Notes: a model not told the origin generated them from the letters alone. Shown: positions 28,193 to 37,759, numbered from the stretch's first letter. The stretch is DNA of 64,000 nucleotides from a bacterium (GCA_965203325.1 OZ241875.1:2592001-2656000); one strand, 5' to 3'. Made by a program: numbers and translations.

Positions 28193-30442
28193 ATGAAGCT
28201 CGGCACCGTTCCCTTCCTGAACGCCAGACCCCTCACGATTGCGCTGGAGGGAAACCCGGCGGTCGAACTCATCGTCGAACCCCCCTCGAAGCTGGCGGAA
28301 ATGCTGGCGCGCGGAGAACTCGACGGCGCGCTCGTCTCCTCGTTCGCCCTTTTCGGGATGCGCGGCGCGCGCTTCGCACCCGGCGTCGGCATCGCGAGCA
28401 AAGGCCCGGTGGAGAGCATCCGGCTCTATTGCCGGAAGCCTGCGGATTCGCTGCGCCGCGTGGGGCTGGACAGCTGGTCGCTCGCCGCGACGAACATGGC
28501 CCGCGTCTATCTCAAACACCGCTGGGGGGCGGAGCCCGAGTTCGTCCCCATCGACCCGACGCGCCCGCCGCGTGCGGACGAGTCGCTCGACGCCTTCTTG
28601 CTCATCGGCGACAACGCGCTCAGGGAGCCGCCGGGCGATCACTACGTGCTCGACCTGGGCGAGGAGTGGCAGAATTTCACCGGGCTTCCCTTCGTCTACG
28701 CGCTCTGGGTGTTCCGGCAGGGAGTTGGGAATTCCGAGGCCGCCGCGCTTCTGCAAAGCGCGAAAAAAGAGGGTGTGGGCCGGATAGAGGAGATCGTGAA
28801 CGGGGCGCTCCCGCCCGGCGTCGACAGGAACACGGCGTGGTGTTATCTCACCGAGTGCATCCGCTACGACGTGGGCGATGAGGAACTGGGAGGCCTGGGG
28901 CGTTATTATGAGCTTCTCGTCGAGGACGGCCTGGCGCCCGAAGGCTGGGAGCCCCGCCTCATCGATGAGCCGGGCGCCCGCGTGGAGGTAGTGGAAGAGA
29001 ACGCCTCAAAGGAGGACGACATGAGCGACGACCTTTGCTTCGCAAGCATACACGACCTCTCGGGGATGATCCGCAAGAAGGAAATCTCGCCCGTCGAGGT
29101 GGCGGAAGCGCACCTGCGCCGCATCGAGGCGCTGAACCCGAAGCTCTTCGCCTACCAGACGGTCACGGCGGAACTCGCCGTGGAAGCGGCGCGCGCCGCC
29201 GAGGCCGAGATCATGAGCGGCCGGTGGCGCGGCCCCATGCACGGGATTCCCTACGGGGCGAAGGACATCGTCGAGACGGCGGGCGTGCTCACCACGCACG
29301 GCTCTTCCTTTCACCGCGACAACGTGCCGCGTGCGGACGCGGAGATCATCAGGCGCTTGAAGGACGCGGGCGCCGTGATGCTCGGCAAGACGGTTACGCA
29401 CGAGTTCGCGGCCGCTGCGGTGAGCATCAACCCCCACTACGGCACGGTGCGGAACCCCTGGGATACGGAGCGCATCGTGGGCGGGTCGAGCGGCGGCTCG
29501 GGCGCGGCCTGCGCGGCGGGCCTGGCGCCTTGCGCCATCGGCACGGACACGGGCGGCTCCATCCGCAACCCCGCCTCCCTGTGCGGGGGCGTGGGCTTGA
29601 AGGCCACCCACGGCCGGGTGAGCATTCGGGGCATCTGCCCCAACGCCCTGAGCCTCGACCACGCGGGCCCCATGACGCGGGCGGCTCGTGATGCCGCGCT
29701 CATGCTTCAGGCGGTGGCGGGCTATGACGCGAAGGATTCCAAATCGCAGAACGTCCCCGTTCCCGACTACACCGCAGGCATAGAGGACGGCGTGCGCGGC
29801 AGCCGTATCCTCGTGTGTCCTGATTTTCACGGGGGCGTCGAGGTGGATTCCGAGATCACCGCGGCGTTCGAGGCGGCTGCCGAAGTGTTCCGCGCTTTGG
29901 GCGCCGAGGTGGAAGAAGTCTCCTTCGCGCACCATAAGAGGCTCATGGATTTCTTCCCGCTCATCTCGGGGCCGGAGTTCAGCGAGTTCCACAGGCCGTA
30001 TTTCGAGCAAAACCCGGCCGGCTACGGCGAGGACGTGCGCGAGCGCCTGGAGTGGTCGCTCGAGATCGCGCCTGATGATTACGTGCGTGCGCTCAGGGAA
30101 CGCGTTCTGGCCCAGCGCGAGGTCGCCGCGTTCTTTGAGGGCGCGGATGCCCTCATCCAGCCCGCCATGCCCTGCGTCGCCCCGCCGATTGCGACGCTCA
30201 CCGCCCGCATGAACGGGCGCGACGTATCTTACAAGAACATCCACAGGCCGTTTCTGGCGCCGCACAACGCCACGGGCTTCCCGGCGCTCGTCACGCCGAT
30301 GGGCCGGAACTCGGAAGGCATGCCGATGTCGCTCCAGATCGCGGGCGGCCCCTGGCGCGAGACCGACGTTCTGCGCGCCGCGCACGCGTATGAAGTGGCC
30401 ACGCCCGAACTCAGGAATGAGCGGCCGTCCGTGGGGGCGTGA
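28193..30442 (+). CDS. mqnA: Chorismate dehydratase MqnA fused in frame to an amidase-signature (GatA-like) enzyme
   Basis: N-part: VPFLNARPL, GPVESI, LLIGDNAL, DLGEEW..TGLPFVYALW. From internal ATG 29021 (RBS AAGGAGG): HGIPYGAKD, GGSSGGSGAA, GTDTGGSIRNPA. No stop between them. Confidence 0.88.
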   Translation: MKLGTVPFLNARPLTIALEGNPAVELIVEPPSKLAEMLARGELDGALVSSFALFGMRGARFAPGVGIASKGPVESIRLYCRKPADSLRRVGLDSWSLAATNMARVYLKHRWGAEPEFVPIDPTRPPRADESLDAFLLIGDNALREPPGDHYVLDLGEEWQNFTGLPFVYALWVFRQGVGNSEAAALLQSAKKEGVGRIEEIVNGALPPGVDRNTAWCYLTECIRYDVGDEELGGLGRYYELLVEDGLAPEGWEPRLIDEPGARVEVVEENASKEDDMSDDLCFASIHDLSGMIRKKEISPVEVAEAHLRRIEALNPKLFAYQTVTAELAVEAARAAEAEIMSGRWRGPMHGIPYGAKDIVETAGVLTTHGSSFHRDNVPRADAEIIRRLKDAGAVMLGKTVTHEFAAAAVSINPHYGTVRNPWDTERIVGGSSGGSGAACAAGLAPCAIGTDTGGSIRNPASLCGGVGLKATHGRVSIRGICPNALSLDHAGPMTRAARDAALMLQAVAGYDAKDSKSQNVPVPDYTAGIEDGVRGSRILVCPDFHGGVEVDSEITAAFEAAAEVFRALGAEVEEVSFAHHKRLMDFFPLISGPEFSEFHRPYFEQNPAGYGEDVRERLEWSLEIAPDDYVRALRERVLAQREVAAFFEGADALIQPAMPCVAPPIATLTARMNGRDVSYKNIHRPFLAPHNATGFPALVTPMGRNSEGMPMSLQIAGGPWRETDVLRAAHAYEVATPELRNERPSVGA

Positions 30443-30512
30443 AACATTGAAGCGTCTAAAGAACGACAGAGTCGATTATTAATGAGACGTGGCGAAACAT
30501 AAGGAGAAAACC

Positions 30513-31304
30513 TTGCCGAAAGCGCATGTGAACGGAATCGACATCCACTACATCGAACGAGGCGAAGGAACGCCGCTCCTTGCGGTGCACGGGTTCCAGA
30601 ACTCGCACTTCAGCTTTACCCCTCTCTTCGACTGGCTGGCGGCGCGCTTCCATGTCTACGCGCTCGACTTGCGCGGCCACGGCGATTCGGACAAGCCGCG
30701 CGGCCCCTACACCATCCAGACCTTCGCGGACGACGTCGTGGGCTTTCTGGACGCGCTCGGCATCGAGCGAACCGATTATCTCGGACACAGCATGGGCGGA
30801 CGCACGGGCACCATGGTGGGGATACAGCATTCCGGGCGACTGAGCCGCCTCATGCTCTCCGCCTCGTCCGCAGGCCCGCCGTCCGGCGCGTACCGGCAAA
30901 TGTTCGAGGAGCACCTGAAAGTGGCCGAAGCAGAAGGCATGGAAGTGCTGCACGAATTCAAGCTGCGCCGCGACGAAGTCCCCGAAGGCCTGCGCGAAGG
31001 CCCCCTGGCCGAGGAATACAGGAAAAATTTCCTCAAGAACACGCCGCAGACGTTCGCCGATACCGCGCACGCGCTGTTCACGATGCCGGTGTTAAGGGAC
31101 GAGCTTCACAGAATCTCCGTCCCCACCTGGGTGTGCCACGGGGAGAACGACGCCGGCCCCATCGATTTCAGCGAGGTGTACGCGAAGCACGTGCCCGATT
31201 GCACGACTTCGATCATCCCCGATGCGGGCCACAGCTCCTTCTGGGATCAGCCCGAGGCCTTCATCGCGCAGATGGAGAAATTCCTGGAGAACAACCCCCT
31301 CTGA
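30513..31304 (+). CDS. Alpha/beta hydrolase
   Basis: VHGF, DLRGHGDS, GHSMGG nucleophile, GENDA, AGHS; TTG start after AAGGAG. Confidence 0.9.
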   Translation: MPKAHVNGIDIHYIERGEGTPLLAVHGFQNSHFSFTPLFDWLAARFHVYALDLRGHGDSDKPRGPYTIQTFADDVVGFLDALGIERTDYLGHSMGGRTGTMVGIQHSGRLSRLMLSASSAGPPSGAYRQMFEEHLKVAEAEGMEVLHEFKLRRDEVPEGLREGPLAEEYRKNFLKNTPQTFADTAHALFTMPVLRDELHRISVPTWVCHGENDAGPIDFSEVYAKHVPDCTTSIIPDAGHSSFWDQPEAFIAQMEKFLENNPL

Positions 31305-31328
31305 GCCGCCAGCCTGGAGATTGGTTTG

Positions 31329-33068
31329 ATGACCACGGAAGCGCCTGCCGCCGCCTCGAAAATCGAACACTGGCGCAGACGCATGAGTCTCGTGACCGGC
31401 TGCGTCCTTTTCCTCTTTCTCATCACGCATCTTGCAAATCACGCCCTGGGTCTGGCCTCGCTCGCCGCGATGGACGCGGGCAGGTTCTGGTTTCTGGGGT
31501 TCTGGCGAAGCGTTCCGGGTTCGGTGCTCTTTTACAGTTCGCTCATCCTGCATACGGCGCTCGCGATGTACGGCCTGTTCAACCGCCGCAGCCTCCGGAT
31601 GCCGCTCTGGGAGGCGGCCCAGATCGTCCTGGGTCTTTCCATCCCCCTGTTCATGATCTCACACGTCGTCGGCACGCGCCTGGCCCATGAGTGGTTCGGC
31701 ACGATCGATACCTATGAGCGCCTGATGTACCTCTACTGGGAGCGCTCGCCGGACGTGGGCCTCAAGCAGTCGATTTTTCTGCTCATCGCCTGGACGCACG
31801 CCTGCGTGGGCCTCCATTACTGGCTGAGGCTCAAGCCCTGGTACTCGAAATGGTTTCCGGCTTGTCTGTCCGTCATGGTGCTGGTGGCGGCCCTCTCGCT
31901 GGCGGGCTTCAGCCAGGGCGGGCGCGAGGCGGCGAGGCTGTCGGCGGATGCGGAGTGGCGGCGCGGGATGCTCAGCCGCTCCGGTTTGCCGAACCGCGCC
32001 CAGAGGGGAGAACTCCACCTCGCGCGCGACGCGCTCTGGTGGGGCTACCTGGGTCTGGTCGCGCTGGTGTTCGCAGCCAGGGGAGCGCGCTCTGCGCGGG
32101 AGCGGATGCGGAAGACGTTCCGAGTCGCCTATGCGGGCGGGCGCGAGGCCGTAGCGCCGGTGGGCTCCACCGTGCTCGAGGCGAGCCGCGCCGCAGATAT
32201 ACCGCACGCCTCCGTATGCGGGGGGCGCGGGCGGTGCTCCACCTGCCGGGTGAAACTTCTGGGCGGTATGGACGCCCTGCCGCCCGCGCAAGTGGAGGAG
32301 CAGCGCGTTCTGGAGCGCATCAAGGCGGCGCCCGACGTTCGCCTGGCGTGCCAGTTGCGCCCGGGGGCGGACCTCTCGGTTCTGCTCCTGCTGCCCGCAG
32401 GCGCGGACGCGGCGCAGGGTTTCGCGCAAAAGGACTACGCCGCAGGCCAGGAGCGCGGCGTGGCCGTCCTGTTCGCCGATTTGAGAGGCTTCACCCGCAT
32501 CGCCGAGAAGAAACTCCCCTACGACGTCGTGTTCTTCCTCAACTGCTACTTCGACGTGATGGGCAAGGCGATCACGAAGGAGGGAGGACTCATCAACCAG
32601 TTCGTGGGAGACGGCGTCATGGCGCTGTTCGGCGTGGAGGAGGGTCCCGAAGAAGGCTGCAGGCAGGCCTTGGCGGCGGCCTGCGCCATCGTGGACGCGA
32701 TTGAGGAGATGAGCGAGACGTTCGCCGATGAACTCGAAGAGCCTCTTCGCGTCGGGGTCGGCATACACACCGGCCCCACCGTGGTGGGCCACATGGGCCG
32801 GGGCGTGGCGAAATACCTCACGGCGGTGGGCGATACGGTGAACACGGCCAGCCGCTTACAGGATCTGACCAAGGAATACGGTTGCAGGCTCGTCATCTCC
32901 GCCCAGGTGGCGGAGCGCGCGGGCGCGGACGTCTCCGCCTTTCCCGCGCACCAGATCGAGGTGAGAAACCGCGCAGCGCCTCTCACCATCCGCGCGATCG
33001 AGAATCCACACGACGTGGTATTGGGCCGGGGGAACGATTCGCACCGCCGGTTTCATCTGTTGACCTGA
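31329..33068 (+). CDS. Membrane adenylate/guanylate cyclase with 2Fe-2S ferredoxin domain (CyaC-like architecture)
   Basis: His-containing TM helices (THLANH, ILHTA, SHV, THAC); CGGRGRCSTCRV..RLACQ; FADLRGFT, GDGVMALF, GDTVNTASRLQ. Confidence 0.9.
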   Translation: MTTEAPAAASKIEHWRRRMSLVTGCVLFLFLITHLANHALGLASLAAMDAGRFWFLGFWRSVPGSVLFYSSLILHTALAMYGLFNRRSLRMPLWEAAQIVLGLSIPLFMISHVVGTRLAHEWFGTIDTYERLMYLYWERSPDVGLKQSIFLLIAWTHACVGLHYWLRLKPWYSKWFPACLSVMVLVAALSLAGFSQGGREAARLSADAEWRRGMLSRSGLPNRAQRGELHLARDALWWGYLGLVALVFAARGARSARERMRKTFRVAYAGGREAVAPVGSTVLEASRAADIPHASVCGGRGRCSTCRVKLLGGMDALPPAQVEEQRVLERIKAAPDVRLACQLRPGADLSVLLLLPAGADAAQGFAQKDYAAGQERGVAVLFADLRGFTRIAEKKLPYDVVFFLNCYFDVMGKAITKEGGLINQFVGDGVMALFGVEEGPEEGCRQALAAACAIVDAIEEMSETFADELEEPLRVGVGIHTGPTVVGHMGRGVAKYLTAVGDTVNTASRLQDLTKEYGCRLVISAQVAERAGADVSAFPAHQIEVRNRAAPLTIRAIENPHDVVLGRGNDSHRRFHLLT

Positions 33069-33120
33069 TTCTGTCTCTCCCGCATTATTCCCAGGGCTTG
33101 AACGAACCTTGAGGAGTTCC

Positions 33121-34200
33121 ATGACCACGGCGACGACGGCGTTCTACGAGGCGATTGAGAAGGCGGCGGGAGGTGAGCGGCTGTCATTCGAGGAGGGACT
33201 CGCCCTGCTCGAAGGCGACGACTTGGTGGCGCTCGGCGCCGCGGCGGACGACGTGCGCGCGCGACTGCATCCCGAGGGTTACGCCACCTACTGCGTGGAC
33301 AGGAACATCAACTACACGAACGTGTGTGACGTCTACTGCACGTTCTGCGCGTTCTACCGCCCGCCGGGCGATCACCCCGAAGCCTACATCCGCACGCGCG
33401 ATGAGATAAGGCAGAAACTCGATGAACTCTACGCCGTCGGCGGCAGGCAGATCCTGCTCCAGGGGGGTCACCACCCGGACTTGCGGATCGAATGGTACGA
33501 GGAGCTTTTCACCTGGATGAAGGGGGAATTCCCGGACCTCCATCTCCACGCTCTGAGTCCGCCCGAGATTCACCACATCGCGAGGCTTGAGGACATGCCC
33601 TATGAGGTGGTGCTCACGCGCCTGCGCGCGGCGGGTCTCGATTCGGTGCCGGGCGGCGGCGGGGAGATTCTCGTCGACCGCGTGCGGGAGAAGATATCGA
33701 GGCTGAAAGTCGACACCGAGGGCTGGCTCGAGGTCATGCGCGTCGCCCACAACCTGGGGATTCGCTCCTCCGCCACGATGATGTTCGGCCACGTGGAGAC
33801 GGATGCCGAGCGTATCGAACATCTCCACCGCCTGCGCGGGCTTCAGGACGAGACGGGCGGATTCACGGCGTATATCTGCTGGACGTTCCAGAACGACGGC
33901 GCAGCACCGCTCAAGGCGCAGACGGTGGGCAGCAGCGAGTATTTGAGGATGCTGGCCATCAGCCGCCTGTATCTGGACAACATCTCGAACTTCCAGTCCT
34001 CCTGGGTGACGCAGGGCATGAAGATAGGCGAGATATCGCTCCACTACGGCTGCAACGACATGGGCTCCACCATGCTGGAGGAAAACGTCGTGAGCGCCGC
34101 TGGCACGACTTACGCACTGAACGAGGACGACCTCCACCGCATGGCGCGGAATGCGGGCTTCACGCCCAGGCGGCGCAATTTCTTCTACGAATTGATCTAG
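33121..34200 (+). CDS. mqnC: Cyclic dehypoxanthine futalosine synthase (radical SAM)
   Basis: DRNINYTNVCDVYCTFCAFYR, LLQGGHHP, TMMFGHVE, QSSWVTQG, STMLEENVVSAAG. Confidence 0.93.
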   Translation: MTTATTAFYEAIEKAAGGERLSFEEGLALLEGDDLVALGAAADDVRARLHPEGYATYCVDRNINYTNVCDVYCTFCAFYRPPGDHPEAYIRTRDEIRQKLDELYAVGGRQILLQGGHHPDLRIEWYEELFTWMKGEFPDLHLHALSPPEIHHIARLEDMPYEVVLTRLRAAGLDSVPGGGGEILVDRVREKISRLKVDTEGWLEVMRVAHNLGIRSSATMMFGHVETDAERIEHLHRLRGLQDETGGFTAYICWTFQNDGAAPLKAQTVGSSEYLRMLAISRLYLDNISNFQSSWVTQGMKIGEISLHYGCNDMGSTMLEENVVSAAGTTYALNEDDLHRMARNAGFTPRRRNFFYELI

Positions 34201-34212
34201 CAGCGCTCTCCC

Positions 34213-35496
34213 GTGACGACGGAACCGCCCCGAACGCCACAGACGCAGAAGATGGAGCTTTGGCTGGCGGACCTGGTCTGTCCGGTGGACGGACCGCCCA
34301 TCCGGCGCGGCGCGATCCTGACTTCCGGGGGCCGCGTCCTGGCGGTGGGGGAGGAGGCCTTCGTTCGTCCCGCGGCACCCGTGGCCGAGGAGCGCGATTT
34401 CGGCCGCGCGATTCTGATTCCCGGCCTCGTGAACGCGCACACGCACCTCGAACTCTCGGGCCTCAAGCGCGAGGCCGGACCGATAGAAGAGTGGATAGTC
34501 TCCCTCGTGCGCGAGATGCGAGGCTGGCCCGCGCACCTTTTTCTGGCCTCGGCCCAAATCGGCGCCGCCGCGAGCCTGGCGGCGGGCGTCACCTGCGCCG
34601 GCGACGTCTCGGCCTCGGGCGAGAGCGCCACGGCGATAGCGGGCGCCGGCATGCGCGGGGTGGTGTTCCACGAGGTGCTGGGGCTGGATCCGGCGCGTGC
34701 CGACGAGATTCTTACGGAAAAAATGAAAGCCTGCGACCTTTTCCCTGAATACGAAGGCCCCGTTCCGGGCGCCGTGCGGCACGGCCTGAGCCCCCATGCG
34801 CCTTATAGCGCATCGCTCGCCCTCTACCGCGCCGCGTGCGATGAGGCGAGAACGAGAGGCTGGCCCGTAGCGACGCACCTGGGCGAGAGCGCTGAGGAAG
34901 TCGAATTCTTACAGGGCGGCGGCGGCGCGCTCGCAAGAGTCCACCGGACGCTGAACGGCTCTCTGGACGGCTTCAGGCCCTCGGGTCTCCGGCCCGCCGC
35001 CCATCTCGATCTGGCGGACGCGCTGGGCGGCCTCACCCTCGCCGTGCACGCGAACCAGACGAACAATGAGGACTGGGCGGTCCTCAAAAAGAACGGGGTG
35101 CGCGTTTGTCTCTGTCCGCGATCGGCGCGTTTTTTCGGCCACCCCTTCGCCGATGCGGCGCGCATGCGCGAGGCGGGGCTGGAGCTTTGCCTGGGAACGG
35201 ACAGCCTGGCGAGCAGCCCCTCGCTCTCCCTTCTGGATGAGGCCCGCGCGCTACGCAAGGCGGATGCGGAGATCAGCGATAGTGAGTTGCTCGAGATGTG
35301 CACCCGCTCAGGGGCCGAGGCGCTCGGTTTCGAGGATCTAGGCGTCCTGAAGCCCGGCGGCGCGGCCGATTTCTGCGTCGTCTGCCCGCCGCGCGGGGTG
35401 GGCGGTTTGCACCTCGGCGACGTGTTCGAGGAGGACGCGTTCGTCGTCTGCACCGTCACGAACGGGGAGGTACGCTACGAGGCGCCGGGCGCTTGA
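34213..35496 (+). CDS. Amidohydrolase, probable aminodeoxyfutalosine deaminase
   Basis: PGLVNAHTHLE, SPHAPYS, THLGES..E, LCPRS, GTDSLAS; directly follows mqnC; start may be ATG 34252. Confidence 0.75.
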   Translation: MTTEPPRTPQTQKMELWLADLVCPVDGPPIRRGAILTSGGRVLAVGEEAFVRPAAPVAEERDFGRAILIPGLVNAHTHLELSGLKREAGPIEEWIVSLVREMRGWPAHLFLASAQIGAAASLAAGVTCAGDVSASGESATAIAGAGMRGVVFHEVLGLDPARADEILTEKMKACDLFPEYEGPVPGAVRHGLSPHAPYSASLALYRAACDEARTRGWPVATHLGESAEEVEFLQGGGGALARVHRTLNGSLDGFRPSGLRPAAHLDLADALGGLTLAVHANQTNNEDWAVLKKNGVRVCLCPRSARFFGHPFADAARMREAGLELCLGTDSLASSPSLSLLDEARALRKADAEISDSELLEMCTRSGAEALGFEDLGVLKPGGAADFCVVCPPRGVGGLHLGDVFEEDAFVVCTVTNGEVRYEAPGA

Positions 35497-35547
35497 GGCG
35501 GGTTCGCCGCGTGTGCCCCGATGCGGAATGCGCGCCGGGGGCCGGTG

Positions 35548-35556
35548 TGGTATAAC
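35548..35556 (+). promoter_or_regulatory. Extended -10 promoter element upstream of the PPC-domain gene
   Basis: TGGTATAAC (TGn-TATAAC). Confidence 0.4.
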
Positions 35557-35627
35557 CCCGAAAATTTCGTGCTCAGCGCATCTTTTCACATACGAGGCGG
35601 TATGCCTCTCAGGGAGAATGAGTATCC

Positions 35628-36233
35628 ATGGCGAGAAAACTGACGAGTTTCGATAATTCCAACTGGAAGACCCGCAAGGCCCGCTACGACGTGGCCGAGG
35701 CGGGCATCGGCCGCGTCCTGGCCATCCGCATGGCGCCCGGCGATGATCTGTTCGGCACCACGCTCAAGATTTGCCAGGAGAAGGGCGTGAAGGCGGGCGT
35801 CATCCTGAGCGTGGCGGCGAGCCTGCAAAAGGCGGTGCTCAGGAACGTCTGGCAGTTCCCCAACCCGTTCCCCATCAACGACGAGTGCCGCATCTTCACG
35901 CCGATCAACGGCCCGCTCGAACTCCTGCAGATGAGCGGCAACATCACCGAGACAGAAGCGGGCGAGCCCTACCTCCACGCCCACGTCACGATTTCGATGG
36001 GCCGGCCCGAGGCGACGTGCTTCGGCGGCCATCTCGTGGAGGGGTGCACCATCTTCAGCACCTGCGAGATGGTGATCGCGGAGCTCTCCGACATCTCCTT
36101 CATGCGCCTGATGGACAAGCACACCCGCGTGGGCGAGGTCTTCGGCATCGAGACGAACGGGAAATCGGACGCCGCGATCAAAAAAGAGATCACCAGGCGC
36201 AAGGCGCGCCCCAAGCCCAAAGGGGTGCGGTAA
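35628..36233 (+). CDS. PPC domain (DUF296) protein
   Basis: IRMAPGDDL, ELLQMSGNI, YLHAHVTI, GGHL motifs; basic C-terminal tail. Confidence 0.88.
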   Translation: MARKLTSFDNSNWKTRKARYDVAEAGIGRVLAIRMAPGDDLFGTTLKICQEKGVKAGVILSVAASLQKAVLRNVWQFPNPFPINDECRIFTPINGPLELLQMSGNITETEAGEPYLHAHVTISMGRPEATCFGGHLVEGCTIFSTCEMVIAELSDISFMRLMDKHTRVGEVFGIETNGKSDAAIKKEITRRKARPKPKGVR

Positions 36234-36268
36234 TTTTATCGGGGATCAACCTGGTTCATCTTCAAGGG

Positions 36269-36298
36269 GCCGCTCCGCATGGGGCGGCTTCTTTTTTT
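36269..36298 (+). terminator. Rho-independent terminator
   Basis: GCCGCTCC-GCAT-GGGGCGGC followed by TTCTTTTTTT. Confidence 0.8.
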
Positions 36299-36316
36299 CG
36301 AGTGAGCTGCCTTGGA

Positions 36317-36792
36317 GGGGTTGTTGAATAAGTTCCGTGGAACGATTTTGGTTGCGTGTACTCTTTTGAATTTCACTCCCCCCTTGAGGGGTTGTTAAAA
36401 ACCCCATCGAGGAGGAAGTAACGCCTCCGCCCGGTTTCGGGTTTTGACCGTCATTCCGGCGAAAGCCGGAATCCATTTTCGCCTTTGCCTTTTCGCCTCC
36501 TCGCTTGGACGTCTTTACTCCCGGGCGGGGAGGAACGGAATCGAACACAAAATCGAAAAGCGAATCCTCTGGATTCCGCATCCGGACGCCGCGCGACAAC
36601 AAGGTCGTGGCTGCCCCGCCCGGTAAAAAGTCAAAATGGATTCCAGCTTTCGCCGGAATGACGGCGGTGGTCAATTCCGACCGAGGAGGGCTATTTCAAC
36701 AACCTTTCCCCGCTCGCGACTACCCCGTAGGGACAGGCCTCCGTGCCTGTCCGACACCCCGACGAAGGACAACCACGGAGGATTGTCCCTGC
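36317..36792. repeat. Composite repeat cluster: two left TIRs, a CGTC-type REP doublet, a right TIR and GTAG-type REPs
   Basis: GGGGTTGTTGAATAAG (36317), GGGGTTGTTAAAAACC (36388), CCGTCATTCCGGCGAAAGCCGGAATCCA / TGGATTCCAGCTTTCGCCGGAATGACGG, GGCTATTTCAACAACC (36689-36704), GTAGGGACAGGCCTCCGTGCCTGTCC. Confidence 0.75.
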
Positions 36793-36814
36793 AGGTTACC
36801 CCCCCACTGCCGCG

Positions 36815-37366
36815 CTACAGCCAGCGGCGCACGCTCTGGCAGTATTCGCCGTATTCCTCGCCGAATTTCTCCGTGAGGTAATCCTCCTCGCGCGTGACGA
36901 TAGCCACCTGCACCGTGGCGAGGAGCGGCGTGCCCAGGACGAATATCCACAGGTTGTTGAGGAAAATCCCGAGTCCCAGGAAGAGGCATATGTAGCCGAG
37001 ATAGATGGGGTTGCGCGAGAAGCGGTAGGGGCCGTCGGTGATGAGGACGCGCGCGGGCTTGTCCGTCTCGTGGTTCGTGCGGGCGTTCCTGTAGCAGACG
37101 AGGGAGGTCGAGTTCATCACGGCGCCTGCGAGCACCATTCCCGCCCCGAGCGTGAAGCGTACGCTCTCCGGGAAGGCGTAGGTGGGGAACAGGGTGTCGA
37201 ACCCCACGCCCATGATGAAGTACATCGCGAAATACCAGACGGGCTTGATGGGGATTTGGGGATGATCCTCGGGCGTCTCCCCCTGGGGTTCGGGGCTTTT
37301 GTTCTTCCAGGGCATGAGCTTGTTCGGATCGTCGAAATCCGTGAATCTCCTGAACCAGTCTTTCAT
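36815..37366 (-). CDS. Isoprenylcysteine carboxylmethyltransferase/PEMT-family membrane methyltransferase
   Basis: LITDGPYRFSRNPIYLG, REEDYL..KFGEEY..Y..SVRRWL. Confidence 0.88.
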   Translation of the reverse strand: MKDWFRRFTDFDDPNKLMPWKNKSPEPQGETPEDHPQIPIKPVWYFAMYFIMGVGFDTLFPTYAFPESVRFTLGAGMVLAGAVMNSTSLVCYRNARTNHETDKPARVLITDGPYRFSRNPIYLGYICLFLGLGIFLNNLWIFVLGTPLLATVQVAIVTREEDYLTEKFGEEYGEYCQSVRRWL

Positions 37367-37375
37367 AGGGGGACT

Positions 37376-37648
37376 CTAGCTATCGCTCTGGTTGCGAGAA
37401 GCCTTGTAACGCTGGTTCATGCTCTGGGCGACCCCCGCCATGACGGCGGCGGTGAGGTCGAATGCGGCGTCGAGCGTCTCCTCGGAGAGGCCCGCTTTCC
37501 CGGCGTCCGCCAGGCGGCGGTCCACTCACGGCTGGCAGTTGCGCACGATGGCGACGGCGAGGCCCATCAGGATTTTCTCGCGGTCGGTGAGCAGGTCCAC
37601 TTTATGGGCGTCGCGGTAGAACTGGCGAAAATCGGCGCGCTCCGTCAT
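37376..37648 (-). CDS. CMD/AhpD-like protein, probable selenoprotein (CxxU)
   Basis: Hand translation MTERADFRQFYRDAHKVDLLTDREKILMGLAVAIVRNCQP-TGA(37528-37526)-VDRRLADAGKAGLSEETLDAAFDLTAAVMAG..*; RBS AGGAG; hairpin 11 nt after UGA. Absent from the ORF track. Confidence 0.85.
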
Positions 37649-37759
37649 ATTTTCTCTCCTCGGGTGGCGAACGGCGGAATCGGTGGATTATAAGGGGGCG
37701 TATGCGCATTCTCAAACATTCGGGGGCTTGTGAAGCCTTTCATCAATAAAGGATAAAAA

